Assembly: GCF_018977255.1 (NCBI RefSeq)
Contig: NW_024704742.1
Coordinates: forward strand, 54,748,001-54,812,000
DNA from: Callorhinchus milii
Lineage: Eukaryota
Length of the DNA: 64,000 nt
Reading direction: 5' to 3'
The notes below the pieces were generated by a model that worked only from the letters and a program-made list of their open reading frames with translations, had not been told where the DNA came from and ran no database searches. Shown piece after piece: positions 23,870 through 37,099 of the stretch (the first letter of the stretch is position 1; every line of letters starts with the position of its first letter). Made by a program: the position numbers and the translations under genes.

Positions 23870-24540
23870 GCACTTAAACAATGGCAGAGTTTGATGCGAA
23901 CTTGGGAGAAACTGGTGGTGACCATAGACACATTGCCAAAGAGGAAGGTCTTCAGATGAGATCCAAAGCTGGGCAAGGCAAAGATTTCCAGATTTATGGT
24001 GTGTAATGGCTAAAAGCACAGTAACTGATCGTGGAGCAGAGGGGACAAGGGACCTGGAGAAGGCCGGAGCCAGCTGAGCGAAGTGAGTGACTCAGTGTGG
24101 GTGATGAAGTGGGGTGTAAGAAGATTGGAGAGGTAGGGAGATGCTAGGGTATGAATTGATTAAGTTTGTGTGATAATCTTGAAATCAATCAATTCTGCAA
24201 TGGGGAGCCAGTGGAACCTGGTACAGGTGAGAATATGGGCAGGGAGCTTTGGATCAGTTGGATTTTGTGGGTGGTAAAGCTGAGGAAAGCAGGAAGTAGG
24301 GTATTGGAAAAATTGAGACGTGAGGTGACGAAAGCATGAATGAGGATTTCAGCTGTGTTGTTGTGAGGTATGATTGGAGGTGGATGATATAGTGGAGGAA
24401 AGCAGTTCTGGTCAGGGACCTGATGAGGGGCAGGAAGGATAGCTGGGGATTAAACTGACGCTTTTTGCTTTTGATTTAGCGAGTGAGGGATAAACCGAAG
24501 AGGTTAAGGAAGCAGAGCCGCAGGTGAAAAGAAATTGACA
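23870..24540 (-). mobile_element. Older degenerate L2 fragment
   Basis: Homologous to 16290-17040 (ggggagccagtggaacctgg, ggaggaaagcagttctggtcagggac). Confidence 0.7.
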
Positions 24541-24749
24541 GGAATACACACAGTTGCACCACTTTACAGTATATCCTGTGAAGTGCTTTAAAATGTCTCA
24601 ATGTGATAAGGTGCAATATTAAATGCAATAATTATTTATTATAATAATCCTTGCAATTGATGCAGCACTTTATTGTTTTGTCAAAACCTCTCAACGTGCT
24701 TCACACGATTTACAGTGAAGTGTAGAGACTTTATGTATTTGTAGACAAA

Positions 24750-24993
24750 CCTTGGGCAAAACCTTGGGCAAGTTTCCTCACTCCACATGTTTGATAATAA
24801 TCCCTCAAGAAAAAACAATAATAAATTAGTTGCTTCAATCCACGACTGTTTGTGGGGACACTGCTGTGTGGAATTGGCTGCCGCATTTTGCCCACAATTA
24901 TACAGTCAATTCACTTTACAGTATATTCTGTGAAGCGCTTTGAGACGTCTAGAAGACATGAAAAGCGCTATATCAAATGCAAGGATTATTATT
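24750..24993 (+). mobile_element. tRNA-derived SINE, 5'-truncated
   Basis: ttgggcaagtttcctcactccac..gggacactgctgtgtg..aagcgctttgagacgtc..aaatgcaaggattattatt. Confidence 0.85.
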
Positions 24994-26267
24994 AAACAAA
25001 GCAGTCAATTTATACTGAGTAATGACTTTAACATGCAGGGGAGGGGTTTCCTTTAGCCAATCTGTGAAGTCCAGGAGCAATTAGTGAGCTTGATTTGTGG
25101 CAAAAGAGGCAACAGCTTCAAAGAGAGTGACCTATCACTGAGCGCCTGGAGTCTGCTTCACAGTGGGTATTGTCTATTTGTCAAAGCCCCTCAAATAAAG
25201 ATTACGCAGTTAGTGCTGATTGAGTGCTGACTGAGCTAGGATATGGATCTCGAGAACTTTAAAGTGGTTAGCACATCACAAGCCGTCCTGTAAAGATCCT
25301 CCCTCCACACTGAAGGCAGGTACCTGTTGAACAGCTGATGAAGAGAATTGGGATGGCAACTGCTGGAAGACATGGCCTACTCAAGCTCTGCACCTGTAAC
25401 TCGTGGAATCATTAAGCAACGGAACCACTGCTGGATAGGAATGTGTGTTTGAGCTACGGCTGGAGGATGATGAGTGTTCTCGTACATTTTATGCAGAGCT
25501 GTGCTGCTCATCAGTATTCTCGGAGAGAGCTCCTGGTACTTGCTATCCACCTTGTGAGGTTTCAAACCTGTGCATGTCAGATATCAAATGACCAAGAAGC
25601 AACTATCCTCCCTGTGCCACATTTTTTTCCTTTCCCAATCAGGTCCAAAATAGAGCAGAATTGCATAACTTCCTCTCCAAGGTGCTGGAACAAGTTAATA
25701 CATCTTAGCTTTGCTTCTTCCTCTCCCATCACTCCCTCAATGAGTCCCTTCAATGTGGTTTCTTTCCCACCCCAGCATTGCGACTGCCTTAGTTAAAGTC
25801 ACTGATGACATTCTCCACGCCTGCAACCAGGGTTCCTTTTTCTTCCTTGACCTCTCTATGGCCTTCATCACCATTGCCCACTTCATCCCGATCTGCCCTA
25901 CAAGTGATGGGTGAGCTTTTAGCTTTTCCAATCTGGAGTTCTTCTACATTTCTCCCTCCCTTCCCTCCTTCCATACACACATTAAGACCTATTTTTCTGA
26001 CTTGTCTTCCCGATGTGAAAGGCACTATTTCAATATAAGTTGTTATTTTTGATTGTCTTCATATTAGACATCTCAAAACCATTTGATAATGAGTTGTAGT
26101 TGTAAACTAATTTTTGGGTTATCTCTTCCTCTTTGAGTGGCTCCAATTGTAAGTTTACGGTTACTGCTTCCAGCTATATGCTCCAAATTTTGTTTGCTGA
26201 TTACTTTTACGTTAGGTATGTTGAATTATTTTTTATCCTTCAATTACAGTTCATTTCTGTTTTTAGA

Positions 26268-26695
26268 AACAACAAGAAATTACATTTGTATAGTTCCTTT
26301 TACATCGGGAGGACGTCCCAAAGCGCTGGACAATCAGTGTTTCGGGTCCGAGTTGGAGGTGGGAGGGTGGAGGGCGGGGGGGGAAGAAGGGTGATCGAAG
26401 GCACGGTGGGTCGTGAAGCCGGCTGGAGCCCGCTGAGCGGAGGGAGCGGGCAGTTTGGTAGGGGATTAGGAGGTCGCAGAAGTAGGTGGGGAATAAGGCC
26501 ATGGAGGGTTTTGAAGGTAAAGACCAGGATTTTGAACTGTATACTCTGTGTAATGGGAAGCCAGTGGAGTCAGGCAAGAATGGGGGTGATGGGGTCATGG
26601 AGCCTGGTGCAGGAGAGGACACTGGTTGCAGAGTTCTGGATGATCTGCAGCCTATGGAGGGAGGAATTGGAGAGGCCGATAAGCAGGGAAGCCTT
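26268..26695 (-). mobile_element. L2 3' fragment
   Basis: Tail aacaacaagaaattacatttgtatag..ggacgtcccaaagcgc; gttgcagagttctggatgatctgcag (LQIIQNSA on minus). Confidence 0.8.
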
Positions 26696-29600
26696 GCTTC
26701 AATAGTTTCCTTAGCTACTCTCAGGTTAAGCTTTATCTTGATGTATAAAAATAACTTGCTGCCCAAACTAGCATCATTAATCAGTTTAACAAATTGGACT
26801 TTATGTAACTCCCTACTAGTTTGATACAGAATTATTGAACTAGAAATAATAGTTAATTAGTTCACCAAAGTTGGCTTGTGTAATTACTGTAATACACTTA
26901 TATCATGTTACACACAAGTTGCTGATATTAGACTCTGTTTATCATAGAAATTGGACATTGCAGAGGCAAGCTTAAAATTTCAGTTGCAGTTTAAGCGGCT
27001 GACTGTTAAATCCATGGAATTTGACTAAACATATCTTTAATCCAATCTTCTGAAGACTTCAATTGCAATTCTTGGAAAATCTGGGAAGAGTTGATGAACA
27101 TTCCATTAGTTACTCTTATAGGCATTTTCTAATCCCTGGAATACAGGGGTATTAAAGGAACTAATAAAGTTGCTGGGTAAGAAAATATTCTGCAAACCAG
27201 TGGAGCCCATTTATGCACTAGATAAAATAGGGGCATAGCTCATTTTAAGGTTTTCTTTGTGACTTACACAATTTCTAGCTTAATTAATCAGTGGTATCAC
27301 TCTTGGTCTCTTTGTTGTCCTGCGGTGGTGCCCTTCATGGCAACTATTACATTTATTCTTGTTGCTTTATCATTCTTGCCATTAAAATTTAGTTTGGAAA
27401 TGCTTCAAATTTCATAAACTTTATTTGGGTTTAATAACAGCCTCTCAGTTACCATTGAACACATTTGTTAGAAGACAGCTTGAGTAAAAGGGCAGTGGCA
27501 AATTCCAGCTTTGATTCTATTATCTTATCAAATAACTGATTGCTTGCAATTAACTTTTGGAAAAATTAGAACTCTAGCCAGATGTTCTACCAATTTGTCT
27601 GTAGTAAGATTCAAGCCTCCTGTATATGGGCACTTCAAGTTGAAAGAAACAGTTATACCAGTTTCTAAAACCAAGCACCTGTGGAGGACAAGTACCTAAC
27701 AAATTCTGGACCTAATGGAGTAAAATAATAATAATTCTTGCATTTGATATAGTGCCTTATCATGTCGTTGAGACACCTCAAAGCACTTCACAAAATATAC
27801 TATAAAGTGGATTGACTGTGTATTCTGTGGGTGAAAACAAATCTGGAACAAAGTTTTCATCTAGTCCAGGCAGCAGAATAACGTAGCATAGTTTAAGATT
27901 CTGAAGGTTATCAGGAATTATTTATTTGAAGCAGTTGAAATAGATTACCAGGATGATACAGTCTAGGACATTGAACTCATAAGAAACAGCTGGATATTGA
28001 TGGTTGGTAAGATGGTATGGTTGATATTTTGAAAGTGAGTTTGAGTGAGCTGCCAAACTTGTAATCTAATCGCTTAAAAGTTCTGAGAGTGAGCACAAGT
28101 GAATAGTTGTCTAAGTAAGAATAGATGTACAGTTGTTGTCGTTAGAAATAAGCCACTATTGTCTTACTAAAATGCCTTTGTCGGGTAATGCAGGTCTAGA
28201 GCAGGGAAGCAATGTTATTTTGGTTCAGTGTCATAATTTTTTTCTTAGTTATCCATAAATCGATCCACAAGCCAAACTTTCCAATAGGTTTGTTGATGTA
28301 GTCCTTAACTTGGTCTAAAGGGAAAGCCCTGTCCATACACCAACTCATTAATGGATTACTTCAAAACAAATTAATGATATACTAGATGGTAAGCTGTATT
28401 ATCTGAAACTGAGTATCTCAAAAAAAATGCTGCAAGTCTAAAGTACTGTAGATTGAAAACCCAAATTGTATTGATAGTTGAATCAACTATGGTCCAGTTT
28501 GAAAAATAATTAACTATTTTCAAATATACAGATTTAAAAATAAGTAGGATTGAAATATATCAATTGTTTCAAATTGTAACTTCTGTGAAAGAGATAACCT
28601 TCATCTATTTATCCATTTATCAGAGGAGAATGGTTGTCCAATCTGAAGCATGTTGTTGCTGTAAACCTGTTTTACATCAGGAATTGGATAACTTTCTTTA
28701 CTGTTTCCCATCTACAGGTTTTTCTGTGTACATTTCTCTGTTGGAAAAGAATATTTTAGTGGGATTTGCTAGAATACCTCAGAACATGTCTTAGAGAAAT
28801 ATAACAGAAGCGATTTCTTGTTGAACCTTTGGAAACGGGTAAATGCCATTTGGGGTGCAATTTTGATGAAGACCTTCATTTTGTTAATTACCAGTTTGGT
28901 TTAAATATGCAGATTCAGTGCTACTTACATATAATTTTTAAAAAGTCTGATTATAATACAAACCTTTGGAGAATCAATTATTATTCACAATACCAGGTGA
29001 TTAAAAAGACCCCTAAACTAGAAGAATGTACTTTTAACTTATTACCTATAACTTTCGCAGATGTCTCAACGCACTTCACAGGATACACTAAAGTACGACT
29101 GTGCATTTTGTGGGTGAATGCAGCAGCCAATTTGAACACAGCAGTGTCCCACAAACATCCATGCAGTAATGGCCAAATTTTATTTTGGAAAAATCCCTGA
29201 AATTTTAACCATGAAAACGTGATCATTTCATCAGATTGATCACATTTGTTAGCATTATCAACAAATAAATAACACATTATGAAAATTAACATTTCATTCA
29301 CTGATGAGTCAAATGCTTATTTGTTAACACAACTAAAGCTTCCATGGAGCTGCATTTTTGGTTGATTTGAAGCATTTAAAACGGTTGGTCTGACATTTCT
29401 TCTGTCCCCATTTACAGTTCATAAAGCCTTGTCCGCCCAAAGACTGCAATGACAGCTTCACGGAGTGACACTGACTTCTCCTGTTGACATAGGTTTCATT
29501 TAACAATCGTTGTGGGCAGAGGTCAAATTGGTTCCTGGAATAGTGACCCCTCAGGATACCGGCCTTCACTGCTATCCTGTAATGGTCAATGTCTAATTCT

Positions 29601-32600
29601 ATTAATGGTAACACCAAGGATGTCCCTCGGATCCGCTCTACCCTGTCCACTGCTGGGATCACTTTTTCATTAAATCCCTGATTCCTAATTTCAGTGACTA
29701 ATTTCATGGTTTCAAATTGTTCTGAAAATTTCAGGAATTTCACGAAATCGCTGGTTTCACAACTTTACTGTAACAGCATGAACCCATAACCTTCTGCCTC
29801 TAAGGTGAGAGTGCTATCAACTAAGCAAGCCAGGCTGACACCGAGCACGCCCACTTAGCATAAGTAACAAGTATGAAAATATTTTATTCACTGATGAATG
29901 ATCCACAACTGTCCAAGTACAGTTTACATTTATGTCGTGCCTTTCACATTGGGAGGATGTCTAAAGCACTTCACACAACTGAGGGAAGGGGGAGCTGGAG
30001 GGAGATGAAAGGTAGCTGAAACTGCAGTTGAAACGTTGGGTCTTAAGGTGTGTTTTGAAATTTGGGGTTAAAGCAGAAGGACTCTAGTATGGAGTACAGA
30101 AAGTGGGTCAGAATGTTTGAAAGCTTGTCTACTGATGGTTGGGTGAATTGTTGCAGGAGGAGTGAAAGATATGAAGTCGGATGGTGTTATCTGAATGGAG
30201 GGAATGGCTGGGGAAATCAGATGCAGGAGGTCACAGATGTAGGTAAAGAGAACGGTGGTGGAGGCACCCATGTTGTGGAGGTGAGGGAAAGCTGAGCGAG
30301 TGGAAACCTGACTGTAGGATTAAAAGAATAGTTCTGAATGGATTTCCTCTTTTTTCCCCCATCCACCCAGATTGCTGCAACTCTTATCCATGCTTTCATC
30401 ACCTTCAGGATCAATTTTACCAACATCCTCCTTGCTAGATTCCTCAACCGAGGGTTAGAGTTATTTAACGTGAGGAAACGCATCTTTGGTGTTCAAATTA
30501 TTAAGAGTCAGAGACTCTCATGAAAAAGCTATGTTGTGGCACAAGTGGGGATAAACTGAAATACTAGATCCATTTAAATCTTTATAAATTCCTGATCCAG
30601 TTAGTTTGTCTCAGGAAATCAGCAACAATTTTGAGGTTAAAAGCTCAATTAAATATGTTAAAAAGAAACCTGGACCAAATGCACCATGAAAGTAGAAAAT
30701 ACCAAGGGAAATTATTCAATTTTATTCAATTTCGGAAGGTGCTTGATAAAATTCTTCAGAAATCTTGCTTGGAGAAAGATTACGGTTAATGGAATTATGG
30801 ATGACTGATCTTGTAATAAAACTGCCTCGTCAGTAGAAAGCAAAATGTAACAAATTGTTCGCGCTGCATGACCAATGGAGTTCTGTGGACGCCTGTTGAG
30901 AGTCCAATGCTGTTTATGCTGTTGCTGTTTATACTTTGTAACAAAGCAGCCTTTTCAGATTTTATATTACAAATTTTCTTACAGCTTACGATAGCTTGTG
31001 GCAACATTCAAAGTGATTTTAACAAATTACATGAAAGCAATGGAGGAATTTGATACTAATTTAAACAAGGTTTAAATAAAACCTGGGATGAGAAGAATTT
31101 CTCTCCTGCTTTCTCTTCTCCAACCCATCCCACAAAACAATATAGCAGATATGTGAAATAGTCTTGTAACATGTGGAATCATTTTCCATCAAAAGCTAAT
31201 TTCCCTGTTTTTGTGGTTATGTACTTGGAGAAATTGAGGAAAAAACATCATATGAATGCTTAAGAATGGAAACTAAATTTGTAAGGATAGATCCAAACTA
31301 TTCAATGCTCTGAAATTGTATGGTTTCTTGGTGCTGGGATTATGGACATGTGTGTGGAAACCGTCTGGTCAGTTGTAGATTGTATTTTATAAAATGGAGT
31401 TTTGCCTGATTTTTACAGTGCTCCGAGATGCTATCTTGTGAGAAGGGCATTATATAAATACAAATTATTGTTTTTGTTGTTAGTCTTCAGCAATCAGAAG
31501 GAAGTTCTATAAAGTTTTATTTCTGGTCTTTTATGTGCGGTTATGAGTCTGCAGAGATGAGGCAAGGAATTTATATATATATATATATATATAGGCTGCT
31601 CTGTAATAGACTTTAAAATTGTTTTTTTGATTATTATTCTAACAAAATGCATTACAAAAATTTAAAAGATAAATTGTGCATGCAATTCCCAAATTCACAA
31701 AATGTTTTACAAAGGCTGAAGAAATGAAGAGAGCTGCTATGGAATTTGTCAAGTATGTAAAGTGCTGGGAATTATAAAGAATTAGGAAGGATGGCACTTT
31801 GATGTCAGATTCTAATTCATATTTTACAGGTGAGAATGTGAATGTTTTGATTGTTTGTGGAGAGGAATGTTCTTTTGTATGCGAATGGGATGATTTATCT
31901 CTGTGGAAGTCTGATATTTATTCAGATTTAGAATGCCAGAACTAAAATTTGTTATTTCCAGATCACCTGAGGCTAGTTGGAACAGCTTTGCAAGGTTACA
32001 AGACGCATTCGTACAACTACCATTTAAATTGTCTCAATGAGCTTCATATCTCATTATTGTCATGTAATAATTGTTTGATTTCTTAAGGAAGTAACCTGCA
32101 GGATAAAGCGAATGAACAATTAATCTGGATGATTGTTAGCTAGGACATCAGGAAAAACTTCTTTCTCTTTTGAATCTTGTAATGTTCATCCGACTAGGCA
32201 CTGTTTAACGTATCATTGTTTAATGTTTCAGCACCTTGGGGCGTCCTGCCGACTTGAAAGCCGCTATACTGTTGTATTGCATCAACTGAAAAACAGTACT
32301 TTCAACAATGTAGCGCACTCCCATGTCTTCAGTGGAGTTTGTCAGTGAACCTGGGGCTTGAACCCACAATCTTCTGCCCCAGATGCTAAGAGTGTCAACT
32401 GAGCCAAGCTGATGATGTTTTAAAACCACCATGGTGGTCTGCATTTTTAAATGTAATCTGCAGTATCTACCAAAGTAAAATAGATTTTTAAAAAATTGTC
32501 TGTTGCTTGTATGCATCATTGTTCATGATTTGAGAAATTAGTTGCATACAGTTAAGTTTACTCAAATATTTAACAATCTTTAATCCTATGTTCTTCAGTT

Positions 32601-33194
32601 ATTCAACTTTTACTGACATATTTTGTCATCTCTTGATGTGGGTGATTCTCCATTTTCCGTAAAATTACTCACCTTAGTTGTGGTATTCTCCCCACCGCCA
32701 GGTTGGTATATTCACTGCCAGAATGAGAATAATTCAAGGTTGCAGCCATGACTGATACTTTCACTGAGAAAGTTGTGACTTTTTGGTCCAAAAGTTGCGG
32801 CCACAGTGTTAAAGTTGCCTTTTTGTTTATGCCAGTTCAAGTACCTCCAGTATTTGCTCCCATTGGCAATCTGCCTGTCCATCAACTTTTCCCACACTCT
32901 CGTTGGTCCATCCTACCTAGTGAAGCATGCGTTCAGTGGGACAGATTCGCTCTTTGTGCCAACCACCTGAAACCCTGGACTGAGGCGGCAAATCTGATTC
33001 CATAGATCCTCCGGATGGTCAAATGGGAGCTTGTACTCACTGTTGTCATTAAAGTTGCAGCAACTATAAAATGTTGCAGGGTGTGTTAAAAGTTGCAGTG
33101 TCTGCAGAGAATCAACCTTCTGTGAAACAGGTTATCTTCCTCGTACTGCTGTAAGCATGACATCACTTGGCAATTTCATTGTAAAGTAGGCTAT

Positions 33195-33985
33195 CTTGGG
33201 CACGTTGAGTAAGTTTCCTTACTCCACATCCCTCTGTTTACCTGTCAGTAATAGGAACCTGGTAGTTAGTCGATTGGCAGATCGCTTTTCCAGGGATACA
33301 ACAACAACAACAACAAGATTCCATTTATAAAGCGCCTTTCACGTCAGGAGGACGTCCCAAGGCGCTTCACAGTTGGGTCATGACCCGAGCAGGGGGGAAA
33401 TGGTCAGGGTGAGGGGAGGGAAGGGAGGGAGCGAGGAGGTGGGAAATGGTCAGGGTGAGGGGAGGTAAGGGAGTGAGCGAGGAGGGGGAAGAGAGTCGAG
33501 AGGGGAGCTGAAGGCACGGTCAAAGAGAAAGGTCTTGAGACCGGCCTTGAAGGAGGAAAGGGAGGAGGCGGCGAAGGCACTGGGGATAGAGTTCCAGAGC
33601 CTGGGGGCTGAGAGGCTGAAGGCCCGACCACCGATGGTAGGGCGGTTGGGGCGAGGGACGTGGAGCAGACCGGAGCCAGAGGAACGGAGGGTACGGGCAG
33701 GTAGGTAGGGGGATAGTAGGTTGGAGAGGTAGGAGGGAGCAAGGCCGTGAATGGCCTTGTAGGTGAGGATGAGGATCTTGAAATCAATAATCACTTCAAA
33801 TATAAATAATAATTTGGTCACTCAATCCATGACTGCTTGTGGGACACTGCTATACACAATTGGCTGCTGTGTTTTGCCACAAATATACAGTCAATTCACT
33901 TTACTGTATATTCTGTGAAGCGCTTTGAGACATATAGAAGATGTGATAAGTCGCTTTATCAAATGTAAGTATCATTATTAAATAA
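33195..33985 (+). mobile_element. tRNA-derived SINE split by a young minus-strand L2 3' fragment (33299-33787)
   Basis: SINE left half ends ...gatcgcttttccagggata and resumes aataatcacttcaaa..ggtcactcaatcc; the insert encodes DFKILILTYKAIHGLAPSYLSNLL...LKTFLFDRAF. Confidence 0.85.
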
Positions 33986-34548
33986 CAACAAAATTACATT
34001 TATATAGTGCCTTTCATGTCCCAAGGCGCTAGTCAATCAATATTTTGGATCCAGGCTGGGGGTCAGGATCAGGGAGGGTGGCGGGCGGGGGGGAAGGGGG
34101 GTGAGCGAAGTCATGGTTGAAGAAGTGGCCAGGGCCTGTTGATTGGAGGGAGAGCGCAGGCTGGTAGGGGGTTTGGAGGTTGCATAAGTAGGCAGGAGCA
34201 ATACCATGGAGGGCTGTGAAGGTGAGGACCAGGATCTTGAACTGTATCCTCTGTGTGATGGGAAGCCAAAGGAGTCAGGTGAGGATGGGGGTGATAGGGC
34301 CACAGGAGAGAACACAGGCTGCAGAGTTCTGGATGATCTACAGCTTATGGAGGGAGTAGTTGGGGAGGCCGACAAGCAGGGAGCGTGTCTCGTCAAGCCT
34401 GGATGTTATGAATGCGTGTATGAGAGTTTCGGCGTCCTGCGGTGTGAGACCTCTGGAGTTGGGGTGAAGTTGCGGAGGTGGGGGAAGGCAGAGCGGGTTG
34501 GGGCACAGATGTGGGGTATAAATTTCTATATATATATATATATATATT

Positions 34549-35349
34549 TCTGAAGGAGAATTGAAGGAGATCTGCTACAAGCATCCATGGGTCTGAAATA
34601 CATCCACAATTCTGGCCTGGTCCATATGGACGTGAAGCCGAGCAATATTTTCATTTGTTAAAAAATGATTGATGCTAAGTCTGGATGCTTGGAAGAAGAC
34701 AGTGATATTGACGAGGATGGTGGTTTGAACACAAATATGCAAAATAGGTGACCTGGGGCATGTGACCTCAAATTCAAATCCCCAAGTGGAGGAAGGAGAC
34801 TGCCGCTTCTTAGCCCATGAGATATTACAAGAGGACTATTCTAATTTGCCCAAAGCGGATATTTTTGCCCTGAGTCTGACCATCACCCTGGCTGCAGGAG
34901 TGGAAAGACTGCCTCACAATGACATGGCCTGGCATTACATCAGAAAAGGCAACCTTCCCACAATACCTTTGCAGTTGTCACATGAATTTTGCAGTCTACT
35001 GAAGTTGATGGTTCATCCAAATCCAACTGAGAGGCCTTCAGCAGCTGCCCTGACCAAACCCCCACACTTCGCAGAATGCTGGGAAAATCAGCAGCACAGG
35101 TAGAACGCTTCAGGACTGCCATGTTGGAAAGGGAGCTGATGAAAGCTCGGCTGTCGCAGGTCTTCCCTCGGACAGACCTCACAGAAGTCCTCCACCCTTG
35201 GAAGCAGGACCTCCTGCCAGGGAAGAAGAACCAACTGTTGGTGGGAGGCAGAAGCAATCGGTCAGTGAGCTTCAACTGTGGTGGCTACTCAAGCCATCTC
35301 TGTGCAATGCTCTCAGGAAAGACTTGAACCTGATGAACCAGCTTACTCC
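34549..35349 (+). pseudogene. WEE2: Processed pseudogene of a Wee1-family kinase, WEE2-like (5'-truncated; kinase C-lobe, C-terminal tail and short 3' UTR)
   Basis: Intronless GLKYIHNSGLVHMDVKPSNIFIC*...[39 protein letters not shown]...RPSAAAL...LVGGRSNRSVSFNCGGY. Premature TAA at 34659-34661; frameshifts near 34572, 34740 and 35060. Confidence 0.92.
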
Positions 35350-35546
35350 AATCCCCCCAAAACAAAAAATAATAAATTGGTCATTTTCAATCCACGACTG
35401 TTTGTGGGACACTGCTGTGTGCAATTGGCTGCCACGTTTCGCCCACAAATATACAGTCAATTCACTTTAGAGTCTATTCTGTGAAGCGCTTTGAGACGTC
35501 GAGATGACATGAAAAGCGCTATATCAAATGCAAGGATTATTATTAT
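35350..35546 (+). mobile_element. SINE 3' half fused to the WEE2 retrocopy
   Basis: aatccccccaaaa..caatccacgactgtttgtgggacactgctgtgtgcaattggctgcc..AGCGCTTT(n20)AAAGCGCT..aaatgcaaggattattatta. Confidence 0.9.
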
Positions 35547-37099
35547 TATAAAGGATAGTTGAGGGTCAAACAAAATGCCAAGGGTCCGGACTGGCTTAGT
35601 GGGGTGAAGTGTGCAACCATGGATGGTGATGCTGTCAGCGACAGGTGTGGAGGCGCTGACCGGAGCCAATCAGGAGAGCCTCTGTCTTGTTGACATTCAA
35701 CTGAAGAAATTGGCTCCCATCCAGGACTTGATGTCTGACATAGTCTTAGGATAGCAGTGGTCCTGGAGTAGAGGGTGGAGGCTGAGAGATAGTTGGGTGT
35801 CATTGGCATACATGTGGAAGTTGACGCTGTGGATGATGTCACCAAGAGGGAGCATATAGAAGAGAGGACCAAGGCCAGACCCCTGAGGAATCCTGCACGA
35901 GATGGTCCAGGGGCTAGAGGAGAAACCACTTGTGGAGATGGCGTGAGAGGTACGATCTGAACAATTCAAGGACAGGACCATGAAGGTTGAGGTGAGAGGA
36001 GGCGGTGGGGGAGGATAGAGATGTCAACGGTATTGATGGTGTCAGTTCAAGTACCTACAATATGTGGTCTCATTGGACCAATAATTGGTGAGCATTGTTG
36101 GAATACAGTAGTTGATAGAGTGGGCATTCTAGTTTGCTTTTAAGAGTAGTCCAGCCAACTTCCTGCTGCTTGTCCAGTTAGAATCATCCTATCAATTAGG
36201 ATTTTGAAATGCAGGGTTTACACGTTTGTGTGTCTTGAGTATCGTATGTCTGCGTATCTACGTGTTTATCATTGAGAAAACAACTGTTTTGTACAGCAGG
36301 TGTTCTTCATTGTTTATTTGTTTAAAACATGTGCATGGTATGATAACAATGGAGCTTCACAATGCTTCTCCAGATTCGGTACCTCTCTTACAAATAGTAG
36401 ATTTGCCTAGGCCTATGTTCTTTGTATGCAGAGGTTCAAATATAAAGTTAATCATCCAACTTCACCAGTTGGAGCACATTGGACAATACCAAAGCTGGGC
36501 CTTTCCTCTTTTGTCCTCTTTCCTTTTTCGTCCAGTTTTTCTCTACTAGAAATCTTCAGCATATGTTTTATGATACATCTTTCTTGTTCTGAGTTACAGT
36601 TGTCTTGAATTACATGTGTTGTAATGTAAATATAGAATCGTACAAGCAGAGTTTGTGGTGATGGGGTGGGTGAGAGAAGAAAGGAGGTTCTTAGGTTAAC
36701 ATCCTGTTGGATAGTTTCCTACGAGGAGGAGGTGGATTAGAATGAAGGCATAGCTGAGTGCTGTGATCTTGCCAGGTTTTATGTGCTGGATGTGTTTACA
36801 ATAAGAAGATTTAGTATTTGGTGATGAGGTTGAAAGTTTTGGAGGAGAGATTTATTAAAGGTTGAGGTTTCATTTTGATATATGAATTTTGACAGCTGCA
36901 GTTCAAGTTAAATCCAAGTATTCAGTTTACTGATTTCTGCAATAGATATGAGTCGGGTGATTTGTTTTCATTGTAATTTTAATGTATGGAACATTGAAGG
37001 CAAATTCGGATTTAGGTAGGTCCCTATCAAAGTCATTTGCAAATGTTTGTACTGTCTATGGAGATTTTCTTGACATTGAGGATTGGCTCATAATTGATG

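Larger units (their letters stand above)
33985..36050 (-). mobile_element. L2 fragment hosting the WEE2-SINE insertion
   Basis: 34000-34522 and 35547-36050 are colinear with the uninterrupted copy at about 48230-48340 (gatgtg.g..aaagga.agttgagggtc); [21 protein letters not shown] motifs. Confidence 0.85.

Noticed and set aside
29160..29900. Possible DNA transposon with a repeated atgaaaat..att..attcactgatga motif (about 29279 and 29873)
   Set aside because: Could not define TIRs or a TSD by eye; too degenerate to call.
34762..35327. Functional nested Wee1-family kinase gene
   Set aside because: Lacks the N-lobe and a start, has an in-frame TAA and three frameshifts.
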